From Myxococcota bacterium (lineage in GTDB: Bacteria; Myxococcota_A; Polyangia; Polyangiales; Houyiibacteriaceae), in contig JBCDFZ010000019.1 of the NCBI GenBank assembly GCA_039177115.1, forward strand, positions 6,878-70,877: a stretch of 64,000 bases of DNA, read 5' to 3'. Both the position numbers and the translations under genes were made by a program. Shown here piece after piece: positions 9,555 through 18,368 of the stretch. The notes under the pieces are model-generated. The model made no database searches, was not told where the DNA came from, and worked only from the letters and a program-made list of their open reading frames with translations. The number at the start of each line of letters is the position of its first letter. Position 1 is the first letter of the stretch.

Positions 9555-11033
9555 TCACTCCCACAAGTGCTCGCCAATGGCGGTCCGGAGCGCGCTCTCG
9601 CGGATCCGGAGCCGTGCGGCCGCGTCGATCAGAGCGAGCCGCGCACGATTCGCGTCCACCTCGGCATCGATGACCTCGGTCGCATCGAACACGCCCACCT
9701 CAAAGCCACGGCGCTTGGCGTCGTAGGCCTCCTCGGCGGCCTCCACCTGCCGCATGGCCGCCCGCACCGACTCGAACGAGGCCTCGTAGGCGGCATAGGA
9801 GCGAACCACCTCGATGCGAACCAGGTCCTTGAGCTGTCGACGCTGCTCTTCCGCCTCTCGAAGCACAGCTTCGGCCCGCTCCTTGGCACGAGAGGCCGAC
9901 CAGGTTCCGTCAGGAGACCAGTTGGCTACGGCCGTGACGTTCCAGCTCGTGCGGAAATCGTCAATGGGCGGAATGAAAAGAGGGTTCGGATTGGCGTAGT
10001 CGGCACCGGCCTCCACTCCGAGCGTCGGCGCCATGGATCCGCGGGCGACGCGAACTGCGTAGCGCCGCGACCGTACGAGCGCCTCCGCCGCCTGCATCTC
10101 GTCGCGGAGCTTCCACGCGGCCTCTACCAGATCGTCGCGTGATTCGGTGACGGCCCGCTTCGGTACCTCCATGAACCGCTCCTGAAATGCGAGCGGGCCC
10201 GTGCCCGGGATGTCGAGGAGCGTGCGCAGCGCGTTAGCCGTGGACTCGACGTCCGCGCGAGACTCGGCTCGACCCCGCTCGGCGGCCGCCACGCGTGCTT
10301 CGAAGCGAAGCACATCGGGACGATTTCCGATGCCGCCTCGAAGGAGGGCCTCGGCCTGCTGCTGGTTTTCCTCCGCTTGCTCTACCGCAAGCTCGGCAAC
10401 CGCCAGGGCCCCTCGAGCTCTCGCGTGATTCATGTAGATCTCGATCAGCTCGAGCGCGACGTCGTTCCGAACCACGTTCGCCTGATACCTCTGTGCGCTT
10501 TCCCCGTGCTGAGCGGAACGAATGCCAGGCAGAATCTGGAGGAAGAGTGAAAGCAGTGGGTAGCTCACCGCTGCGCGAAAGTTGTACCGGTTCCGAGGAA
10601 CCGGGATCGAGTCACTCGAGATGGCCTCGAGGACCTGCAGGTTTTGACCGAGCAAGACCTGCGCCGCCGGATCTTGCACCTGCGCGAGCTCAGCTTCCGC
10701 GGCCTCGAAGTCGATGTCGAGGGGGACGAGCGGGTCGTGGTTGATCTGACTAAGGCGAGTGTAGCGAGCGCGCAGATTGATCCTTGGGATCGCGGCCGCT
10801 TTGGTTTCGTGCGTGGTGGCTACGGCCGGCGCCAACCGGTCGTCGGCCGCCTGCACCAGATGAACCGTTTGTACCGCGCGTTGGGCGATGCGAGGCATCG
10901 ACCACTGCTGACCCGGCTGTTCGAGAAGTCGATCGAAATCGAGGCTCCGTGGGACTCCGTTTTCATCGACGTCCTGCGCCAACGCGGTTGACGTCACGAT
11001 GAGCGAGACCAGCACTGCCGAAAACCACCTCAT
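9555..11033 (-). CDS. TolC family outer membrane efflux protein
   Basis: 492-aa ORF with a signal peptide and two repeated coiled-coil/beta halves. ATGA overlap with the RND stop. Confidence 0.9.
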   Translation of the reverse strand: MRWFSAVLVSLIVTSTALAQDVDENGVPRSLDFDRLLEQPGQQWSMPRIAQRAVQTVHLVQAADDRLAPAVATTHETKAAAIPRINLRARYTRLSQINHDPLVPLDIDFEAAEAELAQVQDPAAQVLLGQNLQVLEAISSDSIPVPRNRYNFRAAVSYPLLSLFLQILPGIRSAQHGESAQRYQANVVRNDVALELIEIYMNHARARGALAVAELAVEQAEENQQQAEALLRGGIGNRPDVLRFEARVAAAERGRAESRADVESTANALRTLLDIPGTGPLAFQERFMEVPKRAVTESRDDLVEAAWKLRDEMQAAEALVRSRRYAVRVARGSMAPTLGVEAGADYANPNPLFIPPIDDFRTSWNVTAVANWSPDGTWSASRAKERAEAVLREAEEQRRQLKDLVRIEVVRSYAAYEASFESVRAAMRQVEAAEEAYDAKRRGFEVGVFDATEVIDAEVDANRARLALIDAAARLRIRESALRTAIGEHLWE

Positions 11034-14000
11034 TGTGCGGGCTCCAGGGTGAGACGCTCGGCGTCGACTTGCGTTTCGGACTCGGCGAAGTCGTTCACCG
11101 GGTGCCTGCGCGTGATGAGAAGAAACGCAGCGGGAACGAAGTAGAACGACACCACCGTCGAGAGCACCACACCGCCGGCGATCCCTGTCGCGAACGGAGG
11201 CCAGAACCCACCCGCCGACAGCATCAGTGGCAAGAAGCCGCCGAACGTGGTGATCGTCGTCGAGATGATATGTCGACTCGTTTCGGATACCACCACCTCA
11301 CGAACGGCGGTCGCAGACCCGGCAACTGCGTCTCGGTTCTCTCGAAGGGCGGCGTTGATGACGATGGCCGCGTTGATGGCAACGCCAACCAGGCCGACGA
11401 GCCCGATCAGCGCCTGGAACCCGAGGGGGAAGCGGAACAAAGCCACGCTCAGCAGACCGAGCCCCATCGATTGAATGGCGACGAAGAACACGACCCCGCC
11501 GAGCCGGAAACTGTGAAGGCTCAGCGAGACGATGGCGATCATCAGCAAGACCAAAACCGGCACGTACGCGAAGAGGTTGCTCATCGCATCGCTCCGCTCG
11601 GCGGCGTCGCCCCCCGTTTCGAGGCGGTATCCCGGAGGAAGCACGATGGGGTCGGCTGCCAGTATCTCCTGAAGGGCAGTGAAGGCTTCGTCCGGGAACA
11701 CACCGGCCTCGGTGTAGCCGCGGACAATGTTGACGCGTCGTCCATTGCGGTGCGGCACTCCGTCGAGCGACGGCCTGAGCTCCAATTCTACGAGGCTCTC
11801 GAGTGGAATCCCGGGAAACCCACGCTGCCGGGAAGGAGGCCCGACCGCCAATACGGAAGTAGACCCAATCTCGTCGAGCGCTGACCGGGTCTCGTCTGCG
11901 ACCCGGACGCGCACGGGAATCTCCTCGTTGTCCTCGAGCACTGAGCCCGCGGGGATCCCCTCGAGTCGGTAGTTGAGCTGGTTGGCGATCTGCACCAAGT
12001 CGAGACCCGCCAAGCTGGTCTTCTCCTCATCGGCGCGAAGCCAGATCTTCGGCGATGTGGCGGTGAGGGTCGACAGTGAATGAATCACTGAGGGCACTCG
12101 CGAGAGTCGCTCCCGAAGCTCGATGCCGAGCGCCCGAAGCGTGTCGAGGTTCGGACCGTAGATGCGGTACTCGATGGGCGCGTCGACCGGCGGCCCCTGA
12201 AGAAGCTCGCGGGTCAGAATCTGCGCACTCGGAACTGCGTCATCGAGCTGGCGCTGTAACGTCGGCAAGAGCCGCGATACCGCCTCCACGGAGTCGACTT
12301 TTACCTGAGCCTGCGCGTAGCTCGGGTTGCCGTCCTGGTCTTGCTTCAGGTTGTAGTAGAACGGCGGGGCACTTCTCCCGATGAACCAGGTCACGGCCTC
12401 GACTTCGTCGTGGCTCCGGAGCACTGCCTCGACGGCAGCCGTCGCCTGCGTGGTCTCCTCGATGGAAGCCTGCTGCGGGAGGCGCATCTCGATGTGGAAC
12501 TGATCTCGGTCGGCGGGAGGGAAAAACTGCTGAGGGAGTGTCAGCGCGCCGAGTACGCCGAGCACCGGCAGCACCGAAACCAACGCCATCGATCGACGCG
12601 GGTGGGCGAGGCTCCAGTCGAGCGACCGTTCGAAGCGCTCGCGGAGGCGCGGGAAGGTGAGCCCGTCGCGAACGAAGCTGGAAGCCGAGCCCGCGTCGTC
12701 ACCTTTCAAGAATCGCCCGGCGAACGCGGGGACGATGGTCATGGCGAACACGTACGAGATCGCAAGCGAAATGATGACGCTCAAGCCAATCGCTCCGACA
12801 AACTCGCCCACGCGACCCTTCAGCAAGATGATTGGCGCGAACGCGAGAATCGTAGTGAGCGTAGAGCTCAGAAGAGGGGACCGTAGGTGCCTCAAACTCT
12901 GCTCGACGGCGGTCTCCGCATCGAGCCCCTCGATGCGCTTCGATCGGATCGAATCAACGACGACGATGGCGTTGTCCACCAGGAGTCCGAGCGCGACGAT
13001 CAGTCCGGTGACCGACATCTGGTGGATGGGAACGTCCATCACGCGAAGCACGAAGATCGCCGCCAGGCTGACGAGGGGAAGCGACGCGCTTGCGATGAGA
13101 GCCGACCGCACCCCCAGCGTCAGGAAGAGAACCAAGACTACCAGCACAAAGCCGACGAGGAGGTTGTTCACCAGTCCGGAGAGTCGCGCCTGTGTGTACT
13201 TCCCCTGGTCGAACACTGTGCTGAGCAACAAGCCGTCCGGAAGCTCCGCCTGGAACTTGTCGATGCGCGCCTGGGCGCGCTCCGACCAAACGTCGAACCG
13301 GGTGCCGTCGGCAAGCTTGGCCCCGACGACGACCGCGGTCTTTCCGTCCACGATGGTGAGGTCGCTCGCAGGCTCTTGAACCGACCGCCGCACTTCGGCG
13401 ATGTCGCCGAGGGTCAGAAGTGCACCGCCGCGAGCCTGCGTGAGGGGAATCGCCCGAATCCGTTCCAGCGAATCGAGCTCACCCGTGACCTCGATCAGCA
13501 CGTTGTTTCGGTCTCCGCGAAGAACGCCTGCCGATACTTTGGCGTCTGCGCCCGACACGGCCCTGGCTACTTGACCGGTCGTGAGGCCCGCCGCCGCAAG
13601 GGTTTCGGAGTCGAAGGTGACGCTGATCTCTTCAGCCGGGGCGCCGAACACCCGGACCGCGTCGGTTCCTGGAACGTCGCGGAGAACGTCCTGAAGCTCG
13701 TCGGCAAACCGTTTCAAGATGCCGCGGTTCGGTTCACCGGGCATCGACCAGGTGATTGCCGTGATCAACGAGTAGGCGCCGAAGCGCTCGTCATCGAACG
13801 TGGGCGCAGGAAGCCCCGGAGGGAAGTTGGCGACGGCGTCGTTGAGCGCGTCTCGCGCCTTGGAAAACGCCTCGTCGGCCTGACGTCCTTGGATCTGCTC
13901 GTCGAGCTCAAGACCGACGACCGCCACCCCGTTCCGAGAGGTCGACGTCACGGTCTCGATTTCGGAGAGCTCTCGCATCTGCTCCTCGATCTTGTCCGTG

Positions 14001-14179
14001 ACGAGCGCCTCGACACGCTCGGCGCTGGCGCCAGGGAATGGCGCAACGATGATTGCGACCCCGTTGGTGATGGTCGGGTCCTCTTGACGAACGATGGTGG
14101 CCAGCGCGGAGAGCCCGGCCACGAGAATCAAGCCCACGGCCGTGGCAAGCATGCGTGGCTCTCGGAAGAACAGCATCAT
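11030..14179 (-). CDS. efflux RND transporter permease (AcrB/HAE family)
   Basis: 1049-aa ORF with 12-TM RND topology and two large periplasmic loops. Start overlaps the MFP stop. Confidence 0.95.
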   Translation of the reverse strand: MMLFFREPRMLATAVGLILVAGLSALATIVRQEDPTITNGVAIIVAPFPGASAERVEALVTDKIEEQMRELSEIETVTSTSRNGVAVVGLELDEQIQGRQADEAFSKARDALNDAVANFPPGLPAPTFDDERFGAYSLITAITWSMPGEPNRGILKRFADELQDVLRDVPGTDAVRVFGAPAEEISVTFDSETLAAAGLTTGQVARAVSGADAKVSAGVLRGDRNNVLIEVTGELDSLERIRAIPLTQARGGALLTLGDIAEVRRSVQEPASDLTIVDGKTAVVVGAKLADGTRFDVWSERAQARIDKFQAELPDGLLLSTVFDQGKYTQARLSGLVNNLLVGFVLVVLVLFLTLGVRSALIASASLPLVSLAAIFVLRVMDVPIHQMSVTGLIVALGLLVDNAIVVVDSIRSKRIEGLDAETAVEQSLRHLRSPLLSSTLTTILAFAPIILLKGRVGEFVGAIGLSVIISLAISYVFAMTIVPAFAGRFLKGDDAGSASSFVRDGLTFPRLRERFERSLDWSLAHPRRSMALVSVLPVLGVLGALTLPQQFFPPADRDQFHIEMRLPQQASIEETTQATAAVEAVLRSHDEVEAVTWFIGRSAPPFYYNLKQDQDGNPSYAQAQVKVDSVEAVSRLLPTLQRQLDDAVPSAQILTRELLQGPPVDAPIEYRIYGPNLDTLRALGIELRERLSRVPSVIHSLSTLTATSPKIWLRADEEKTSLAGLDLVQIANQLNYRLEGIPAGSVLEDNEEIPVRVRVADETRSALDEIGSTSVLAVGPPSRQRGFPGIPLESLVELELRPSLDGVPHRNGRRVNIVRGYTEAGVFPDEAFTALQEILAADPIVLPPGYRLETGGDAAERSDAMSNLFAYVPVLVLLMIAIVSLSLHSFRLGGVVFFVAIQSMGLGLLSVALFRFPLGFQALIGLVGLVGVAINAAIVINAALRENRDAVAGSATAVREVVVSETSRHIISTTITTFGGFLPLMLSAGGFWPPFATGIAGGVVLSTVVSFYFVPAAFLLITRRHPVNDFAESETQVDAERLTLEPAQ

Positions 14180-15300
14180 GGCGCCGCCTCCTTCACAACC
14201 ACCGTTGGGTCGTCGATCCGGACGCGCTGTCCGGGAACGACACGATGAAGGCCAGTCGAGATCACACGATCGCCAGGTTCGAGCGTGCCGCGGACGAACG
14301 CCCGGTCGGTTTCGTTGTGGAGCACCTCGACGGCTTCACGCGCGATGACCGAATCCTCTCCGTCGGTCTTCACGGAATAGACTGTCCACGTCCCCCGGAA
14401 ACCCTGAGTGAGCGCCGTGGTCGGGATCCAGAACCCGACGCCCTCGACCTCGCGCCGATGAACGAGCCGCACCATCTGCCCCTCGGCAACGTTGGTGTCA
14501 TCAGGTAGCTCGAGAATGACTGTCACGGTGCGCGTGCGCGCGTCGACGTCATCGACGACGGCCGTCACTGGTGCGGCGACGCGGCGACCCTCGATGTCAA
14601 GCTCCTGTTCGCTGCCAACGGGAAACTCGATGAACGTCGGCACGCCCACGACGACCTCTTTCTCATCGCTTTCGCGGAACCGCACGACGGGTGTTCCTGC
14701 AGCAACCACGGTCCCCTCGTCGACGAGCCGCGCCGATACGACTCCTGAAAAAGGCGCGAACAGCTTGGACTTCTGGAGTTCGACGTCGATCTGCGCACGA
14801 GCGGCTTCGAGCTCGAGCTTCTTGGCTTCCGCCGCTTCGAGACCGAACCTCGCCTCGTCGGCGGACTGTCGTGAGATGAACTCTTCGTCGGCAAGCTGGG
14901 CGAGTCGCTCCGCGGTCAGCGTCGAGATGCCTACGCCCGCCTGTGCTTCGGCGAGGCCCGCCGCCACGCGTTTCCGAGCGGCGCGAAGCTGAGCGGTGTC
15001 GAGGCGAGCTATCAGCTGGCCCTCCTCGACGCGGTCACCTTCGTCGACCAGGACCTTCGACACCGTTCCGCCCCGCTCGAAACCGAGCTGACTCGCGCGG
15101 CGGCTGCGAACCACCCCGCTGAACAGCCGACGCACCTCGTAGGTTTGGAGCTGCTCGATCGGAACGGTTTCTACGAGAAGCGGTGCGGACTCCGCCGCAG
15201 CATGGTTGCCGCCGCGCTCGCACCCGATCGCCGGGCCCAAGGTGGCAACGACGAGCCCCAAAAGGGCGACGGATGGGTTGTTGAACTGAAATCTGTGCAT
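14176..15300 (-). CDS. efflux RND periplasmic adaptor (MFP) subunit
   Basis: ORF 14176..15312 trimmed to ATG 15298-15300 with GGAGG 7 nt upstream. Lipobox-like AIGC. Coiled-coil hairpin and beta-barrel regions are present. Confidence 0.9.
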   Translation of the reverse strand: MHRFQFNNPSVALLGLVVATLGPAIGCERGGNHAAAESAPLLVETVPIEQLQTYEVRRLFSGVVRSRRASQLGFERGGTVSKVLVDEGDRVEEGQLIARLDTAQLRAARKRVAAGLAEAQAGVGISTLTAERLAQLADEEFISRQSADEARFGLEAAEAKKLELEAARAQIDVELQKSKLFAPFSGVVSARLVDEGTVVAAGTPVVRFRESDEKEVVVGVPTFIEFPVGSEQELDIEGRRVAAPVTAVVDDVDARTRTVTVILELPDDTNVAEGQMVRLVHRREVEGVGFWIPTTALTQGFRGTWTVYSVKTDGEDSVIAREAVEVLHNETDRAFVRGTLEPGDRVISTGLHRVVPGQRVRIDDPTVVVKEAAP

Positions 15301-15322
15301 CGAAGCCTCCACCTAGATGACG

Positions 15323-15334
15323 ATGCATATGCAT
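15323..15334. promoter_or_regulatory. perfect 12-bp palindrome ATGCATATGCAT, candidate MarR operator; a near-copy ATGCATATTCAT lies at 15411-15422
   Basis: Read from the sequence. It lies over the putative -10/+1 of the efflux operon promoter (minus-strand TTGACA at 15354-15359). The second copy overlaps the marR start codon. Confidence 0.45.
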
Positions 15335-15380
15335 GTAGAAACTGACTAGACGTTGTCAAGTCCTGAAAATACACCTGTTT

Positions 15381-15395
15381 TGGCACGACCCTTGC
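15381..15395 (+). promoter_or_regulatory. sigma-54 type -24/-12 element TGGCACG-N4-TTGC
   Basis: Exact match to the consensus TGGCACG-NNNN-TTGC with correct GG/GC spacing. It is intergenic, oriented toward the MarR gene, and ends 16 nt before ATG 15411. Confidence 0.45.
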
Positions 15396-15410
15396 CGTCC
15401 GTGTAAACCG

Positions 15411-15881
15411 ATGCATATTCATGTCATGGACGGGGATTCCCAGGTCGACGTGATGGCGCCGCTTGGCTGCGTGGGCTTTCGGGTTCGCCGCACGAGCCGC
15501 GCGCTCACTGCGTTTTACAACGACCGGATGCGAGGTGCCGGCATCCGAATCACTCAGTGGCCGCTCCTAGCGGCGCTCCGCGGAGCCGGCGCGCTGACCG
15601 TGAGCGAACTCGCCGACGCGCTCGGCACGGACCAATCCACGATCAGCCGAAGCCTGCAGCCCCTCGTTCGCGATGGACTCGTCGACCTCACCGAGGAGGG
15701 CGACGCACGGAAACGCTACGCCCGCCTCACTTCGCAGGGGGTGGCCACCTACAACGAGGCCTACCGGCTCTGGAAGCAGGCGCAGGACGACGTACTGTCG
15801 ATGCTCGGCCCAGCGTGGGACGGCATCGAAGAAAAGCTCGAGGCGCTCGAGACCTCCGTCCGCGACCCTCAGTCGTCGTAG
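15411..15881 (+). CDS. MarR family transcriptional regulator (divergent from efflux operon)
   Basis: 156-aa ORF with winged HTH LTVSELADALGTDQSTISRSLQPLVRDGLVDL..DARKRYARLTSQG. The start could instead be ATG 15426. Confidence 0.85.
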   Translation: MHIHVMDGDSQVDVMAPLGCVGFRVRRTSRALTAFYNDRMRGAGIRITQWPLLAALRGAGALTVSELADALGTDQSTISRSLQPLVRDGLVDLTEEGDARKRYARLTSQGVATYNEAYRLWKQAQDDVLSMLGPAWDGIEEKLEALETSVRDPQSS

Positions 15882-16345
15882 ATCAGGTCAATCTCGATCG
15901 TCACCGGCCCGCCGGCGTAATCGAACTTCGCATCCTTGAAGATGGGCGGGCCGAATCGCTTGGCCTTCGCGTTCCGCGAAACGCCCCACGGCTCACTCGG
16001 GCTCCCGATGGCGTCGGTGTCGAGCTTTCCGTTGCGATTCAGGTCCAGGAACACCGAAGCCGCATACTCACCGAGGCCCGTGCGCTTGAATACGCAAGTC
16101 GCCGTCCCGTCTTTCACCTCGACCCACGTGCGGCGGAGCGCGCGCCGGTGCTTTCTTGGGAAACCCTTGTTCTTCCAGAAAAGCGCGCACGCGAGTCGGC
16201 CTCCAGGCTCTCGGATTCCATTGACCTGAATGGTCAGCGTGTTCTTGGCGGCGGGATCGGTCACCTCCGCCAGGGTGAAGGCCGGAGCGAGCCAACACGC
16301 AAGCGCGAGGGCGACGGCCCATGTCGTCGTCTTGCTCATGCCCAT
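15869..16345 (-). CDS. DUF2141 domain-containing periplasmic protein (paralog 2)
   Basis: ORF 15869..16387 trimmed to ATG 16343-16345. Has a signal peptide. GRLACALFWKNKGFP and GSPSEPWGVSRNAKAKRFGPPIF align with paralog 1. Its 3' end overlaps the marR 3' end by 13 nt. Confidence 0.85.
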   Translation of the reverse strand: MGMSKTTTWAVALALACWLAPAFTLAEVTDPAAKNTLTIQVNGIREPGGRLACALFWKNKGFPRKHRRALRRTWVEVKDGTATCVFKRTGLGEYAASVFLDLNRNGKLDTDAIGSPSEPWGVSRNAKAKRFGPPIFKDAKFDYAGGPVTIEIDLIYDD

Positions 16346-16537
16346 CCCGTGTACTTCCGTTTTGCCTCGCCGAGTTTCGTCCGCCATGTGTCACGCTTCG
16401 GACGGTCGGTACGTGTCCGATGTTTAGACCACCCGGCCGATTCTTGGCAACTGGGCGTACGAAAAGCACGCTGGTCACGCGTCCAGGACGCTCAACCTAC
16501 TGGAATCTCGGCGGAAACAGGAGCACGGTGTTTTTTG

Positions 16538-16565
16538 TTGACAGCACGAACGGTCGTGCTATTTT
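16538..16565 (+). promoter_or_regulatory. candidate promoter (TTGACA 16538-16543, TATTTT 16560-16565) enclosing inverted repeat AGCACGA-N4-TCGTGCT (16543-16560)
   Basis: Read from the sequence. The -10 element ends 6 nt before the TetR ATG at 16572, implying a leaderless or near-leaderless transcript. The inverted repeat is a plausible TetR operator. Confidence 0.4.
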
Positions 16566-16571
16566 GAGTTC

Positions 16572-17156
16572 ATGTCGAAAGGCACCGAAACCAAGCAGGC
16601 CATCGTGGACGAAGCGCTCGAGCTCGCGAGCGTGGGCGGGATCGGCTCGCTGTCGATCGGCGCGCTCGCCAAAACCACGGGCATGTCGAAGAGCGGCCTG
16701 TTCGCGCACTTCGGCTCCAAGGAACAGCTTCAGCTCACCGTGATTCGATCGGCCGCAGAGCGTTTTGTCGACATGGTGGTGGCGCCGTCTCTCAAAGAGC
16801 CGCGCGGCGAGCCCCGGGTTCGCGCGCTGTTCGAACGGACGATGCGGCAGTGGGAGGAAGCGCTGCCTGGCGGCTGCATCTTCTATGCGCTCGGCGCCGA
16901 GCTCGACGACCAGCCCGGACCGGCCCGCGATGCGCTGGTGGAAACCCAAAACGACTTTCAGGAGACCGTCGAGCGCGCGGCGCAGATCGCCATCCAGGAA
17001 GGCCACTTCCGAGAGGACTTGGACGTCGAGCAGTTCGCGTTCGAGTTCGCCTCCATCACCAACGCCTTTCACTACGCGGGCCGTCTCCTCGGACGAAGCG
17101 ACGCTCCCGCGCGCGCCGAAAAAGCGTTCAACGCGCTTCTCGAGCGCTCTCACTAG
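16572..17156 (+). CDS. TetR/AcrR family transcriptional regulator
   Basis: 194-aa ORF with N-terminal HTH LSIGALAKTTGMSKSGLFAHFGSKEQL. Confidence 0.9.
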   Translation: MSKGTETKQAIVDEALELASVGGIGSLSIGALAKTTGMSKSGLFAHFGSKEQLQLTVIRSAAERFVDMVVAPSLKEPRGEPRVRALFERTMRQWEEALPGGCIFYALGAELDDQPGPARDALVETQNDFQETVERAAQIAIQEGHFREDLDVEQFAFEFASITNAFHYAGRLLGRSDAPARAEKAFNALLERSH

Positions 17157-17169
17157 CGAGGAGAGACCC

Positions 17170-18069
17170 ATGGAACCGACTCACGACAGTATATTGCAGA
17201 CATCCAATAAAAGCACGAACGTTCGATCTTTTTATAAGCGCGCCCCACGCTGGATCACAGGACCGTTCTCGGCGGGGAGCGTGGTCGCGCCCGAGGCGAC
17301 CGCGTCCCTGGCGGCCCGGCTGTTTTTCTCCACTCGTCGCACGGCGCCCAAGGCCGACCAGCGAGAGGTGTTCGAGAATGGAGAACGATTCTCGGTCGAC
17401 GGCCTCTCCGCCTGGTCCTGGGGCAAAGGCCCGGTCGTTCTTCTGGTCCACGGCTGGAATGGGCGCGCGAGCCAGTTGGCGCCGTTCGTGTCGCCGCTCG
17501 TCTCGCGCGGCTACCAGGTGGTGGCCTTCGACGCACCCGGTCACGGAGAATCGCCCGGGCGCCGAAGCTCGCTTCCTGAGATCGCCAACGCGATTCGGCG
17601 AGTCTCGGACGCGGTGGGCCCGGTCTATGGCGTCGTCGCCCACTCGATGGGTGGCGCAGCAACGACAATCGCGCTTTCGGAAGGCCTCGTCGTCGAGCGA
17701 GCGGTGTTCATCTCGCCGCCTTCGAACCCCGAGGCGTTCGTCACGTTCTTTGCCCAGGCCATTGGCATCTCAGACGCGGTTCACGCTCGCGTGCGAACGA
17801 AAATCGAAACCACGGTCGGGCGCAAGCTTCCCGCGCTCCGGGCCGATCGGCTCGCGCCAACCATGCGCGCGCCCCTGCTCGTCATCCACGACGAAGATGA
17901 CGGCCACGTCCCTCCACAGTCGGGACAAGACATCGCGGACGCATGGCCCGGCGCAACCTTCGTGCGCACGCACGGACTCGGTCACCAGCGAATCCTCCGC
18001 GACGACTACGTCAACCAACTCTCTGTCGGCTTCATCGACGCATCGCGCGACGAGCGGGCGGCAGCCTAA
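17170..18069 (+). CDS. alpha/beta hydrolase (Ser nucleophile)
   Basis: ORF 16765..18069 trimmed to ATG 17170 after GAGGAG. Motifs LLVHGWNG and AHSMGG. Confidence 0.85.
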   Translation: MEPTHDSILQTSNKSTNVRSFYKRAPRWITGPFSAGSVVAPEATASLAARLFFSTRRTAPKADQREVFENGERFSVDGLSAWSWGKGPVVLLVHGWNGRASQLAPFVSPLVSRGYQVVAFDAPGHGESPGRRSSLPEIANAIRRVSDAVGPVYGVVAHSMGGAATTIALSEGLVVERAVFISPPSNPEAFVTFFAQAIGISDAVHARVRTKIETTVGRKLPALRADRLAPTMRAPLLVIHDEDDGHVPPQSGQDIADAWPGATFVRTHGLGHQRILRDDYVNQLSVGFIDASRDERAAA

Positions 18070-18093
18070 CCCAAACGAAACAAGGAGAAGACG

Positions 18094-18288
18094 ATGCATA
18101 CCCAAACCCGAGACATCCAGTTCGAAACCTTCATCGAAGACCTCACCAGCGCGCTCGACTTGAGCGACTTCGGATTTGCCTTTGGCATTCTCGAGGCGGT
18201 AACCGCGAGCCTCGTGGCCCTCTACGATGCCTTCGCGCAGGCGGAACCTGGCGTTGTGACGGCGGCTGCAAAGGGCCTCGTCGTATGA
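18094..18288 (+). CDS. hypothetical small acidic protein (64 aa)
   Basis: Strong RBS AAGGAGAAG 5 nt upstream and good GC3. Lies 24 nt after the hydrolase stop. I recognise no family. Confidence 0.55.
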   Translation: MHTQTRDIQFETFIEDLTSALDLSDFGFAFGILEAVTASLVALYDAFAQAEPGVVTAAAKGLVV

Positions 18289-18368
18289 GCGACGCTCTGA
18301 ATGGCGGCCGTGGCGACGTCGGCGCGACAGCAGGGGAGGAGACGCCCCCGCGCCCCCGTCACGGTCGC

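Noticed and set aside
12887-14248. 453-aa plus-strand ORF opposite the RND permease gene. Similar cases are 11033..11884, 12657..13379 and 14492..14992.
   Set aside because: The composition is Arg/Gly/Asp/His-rich with no motifs. It lies antisense to a gene with unmistakable AcrB-type sequence. This is a typical GC-rich shadow frame.
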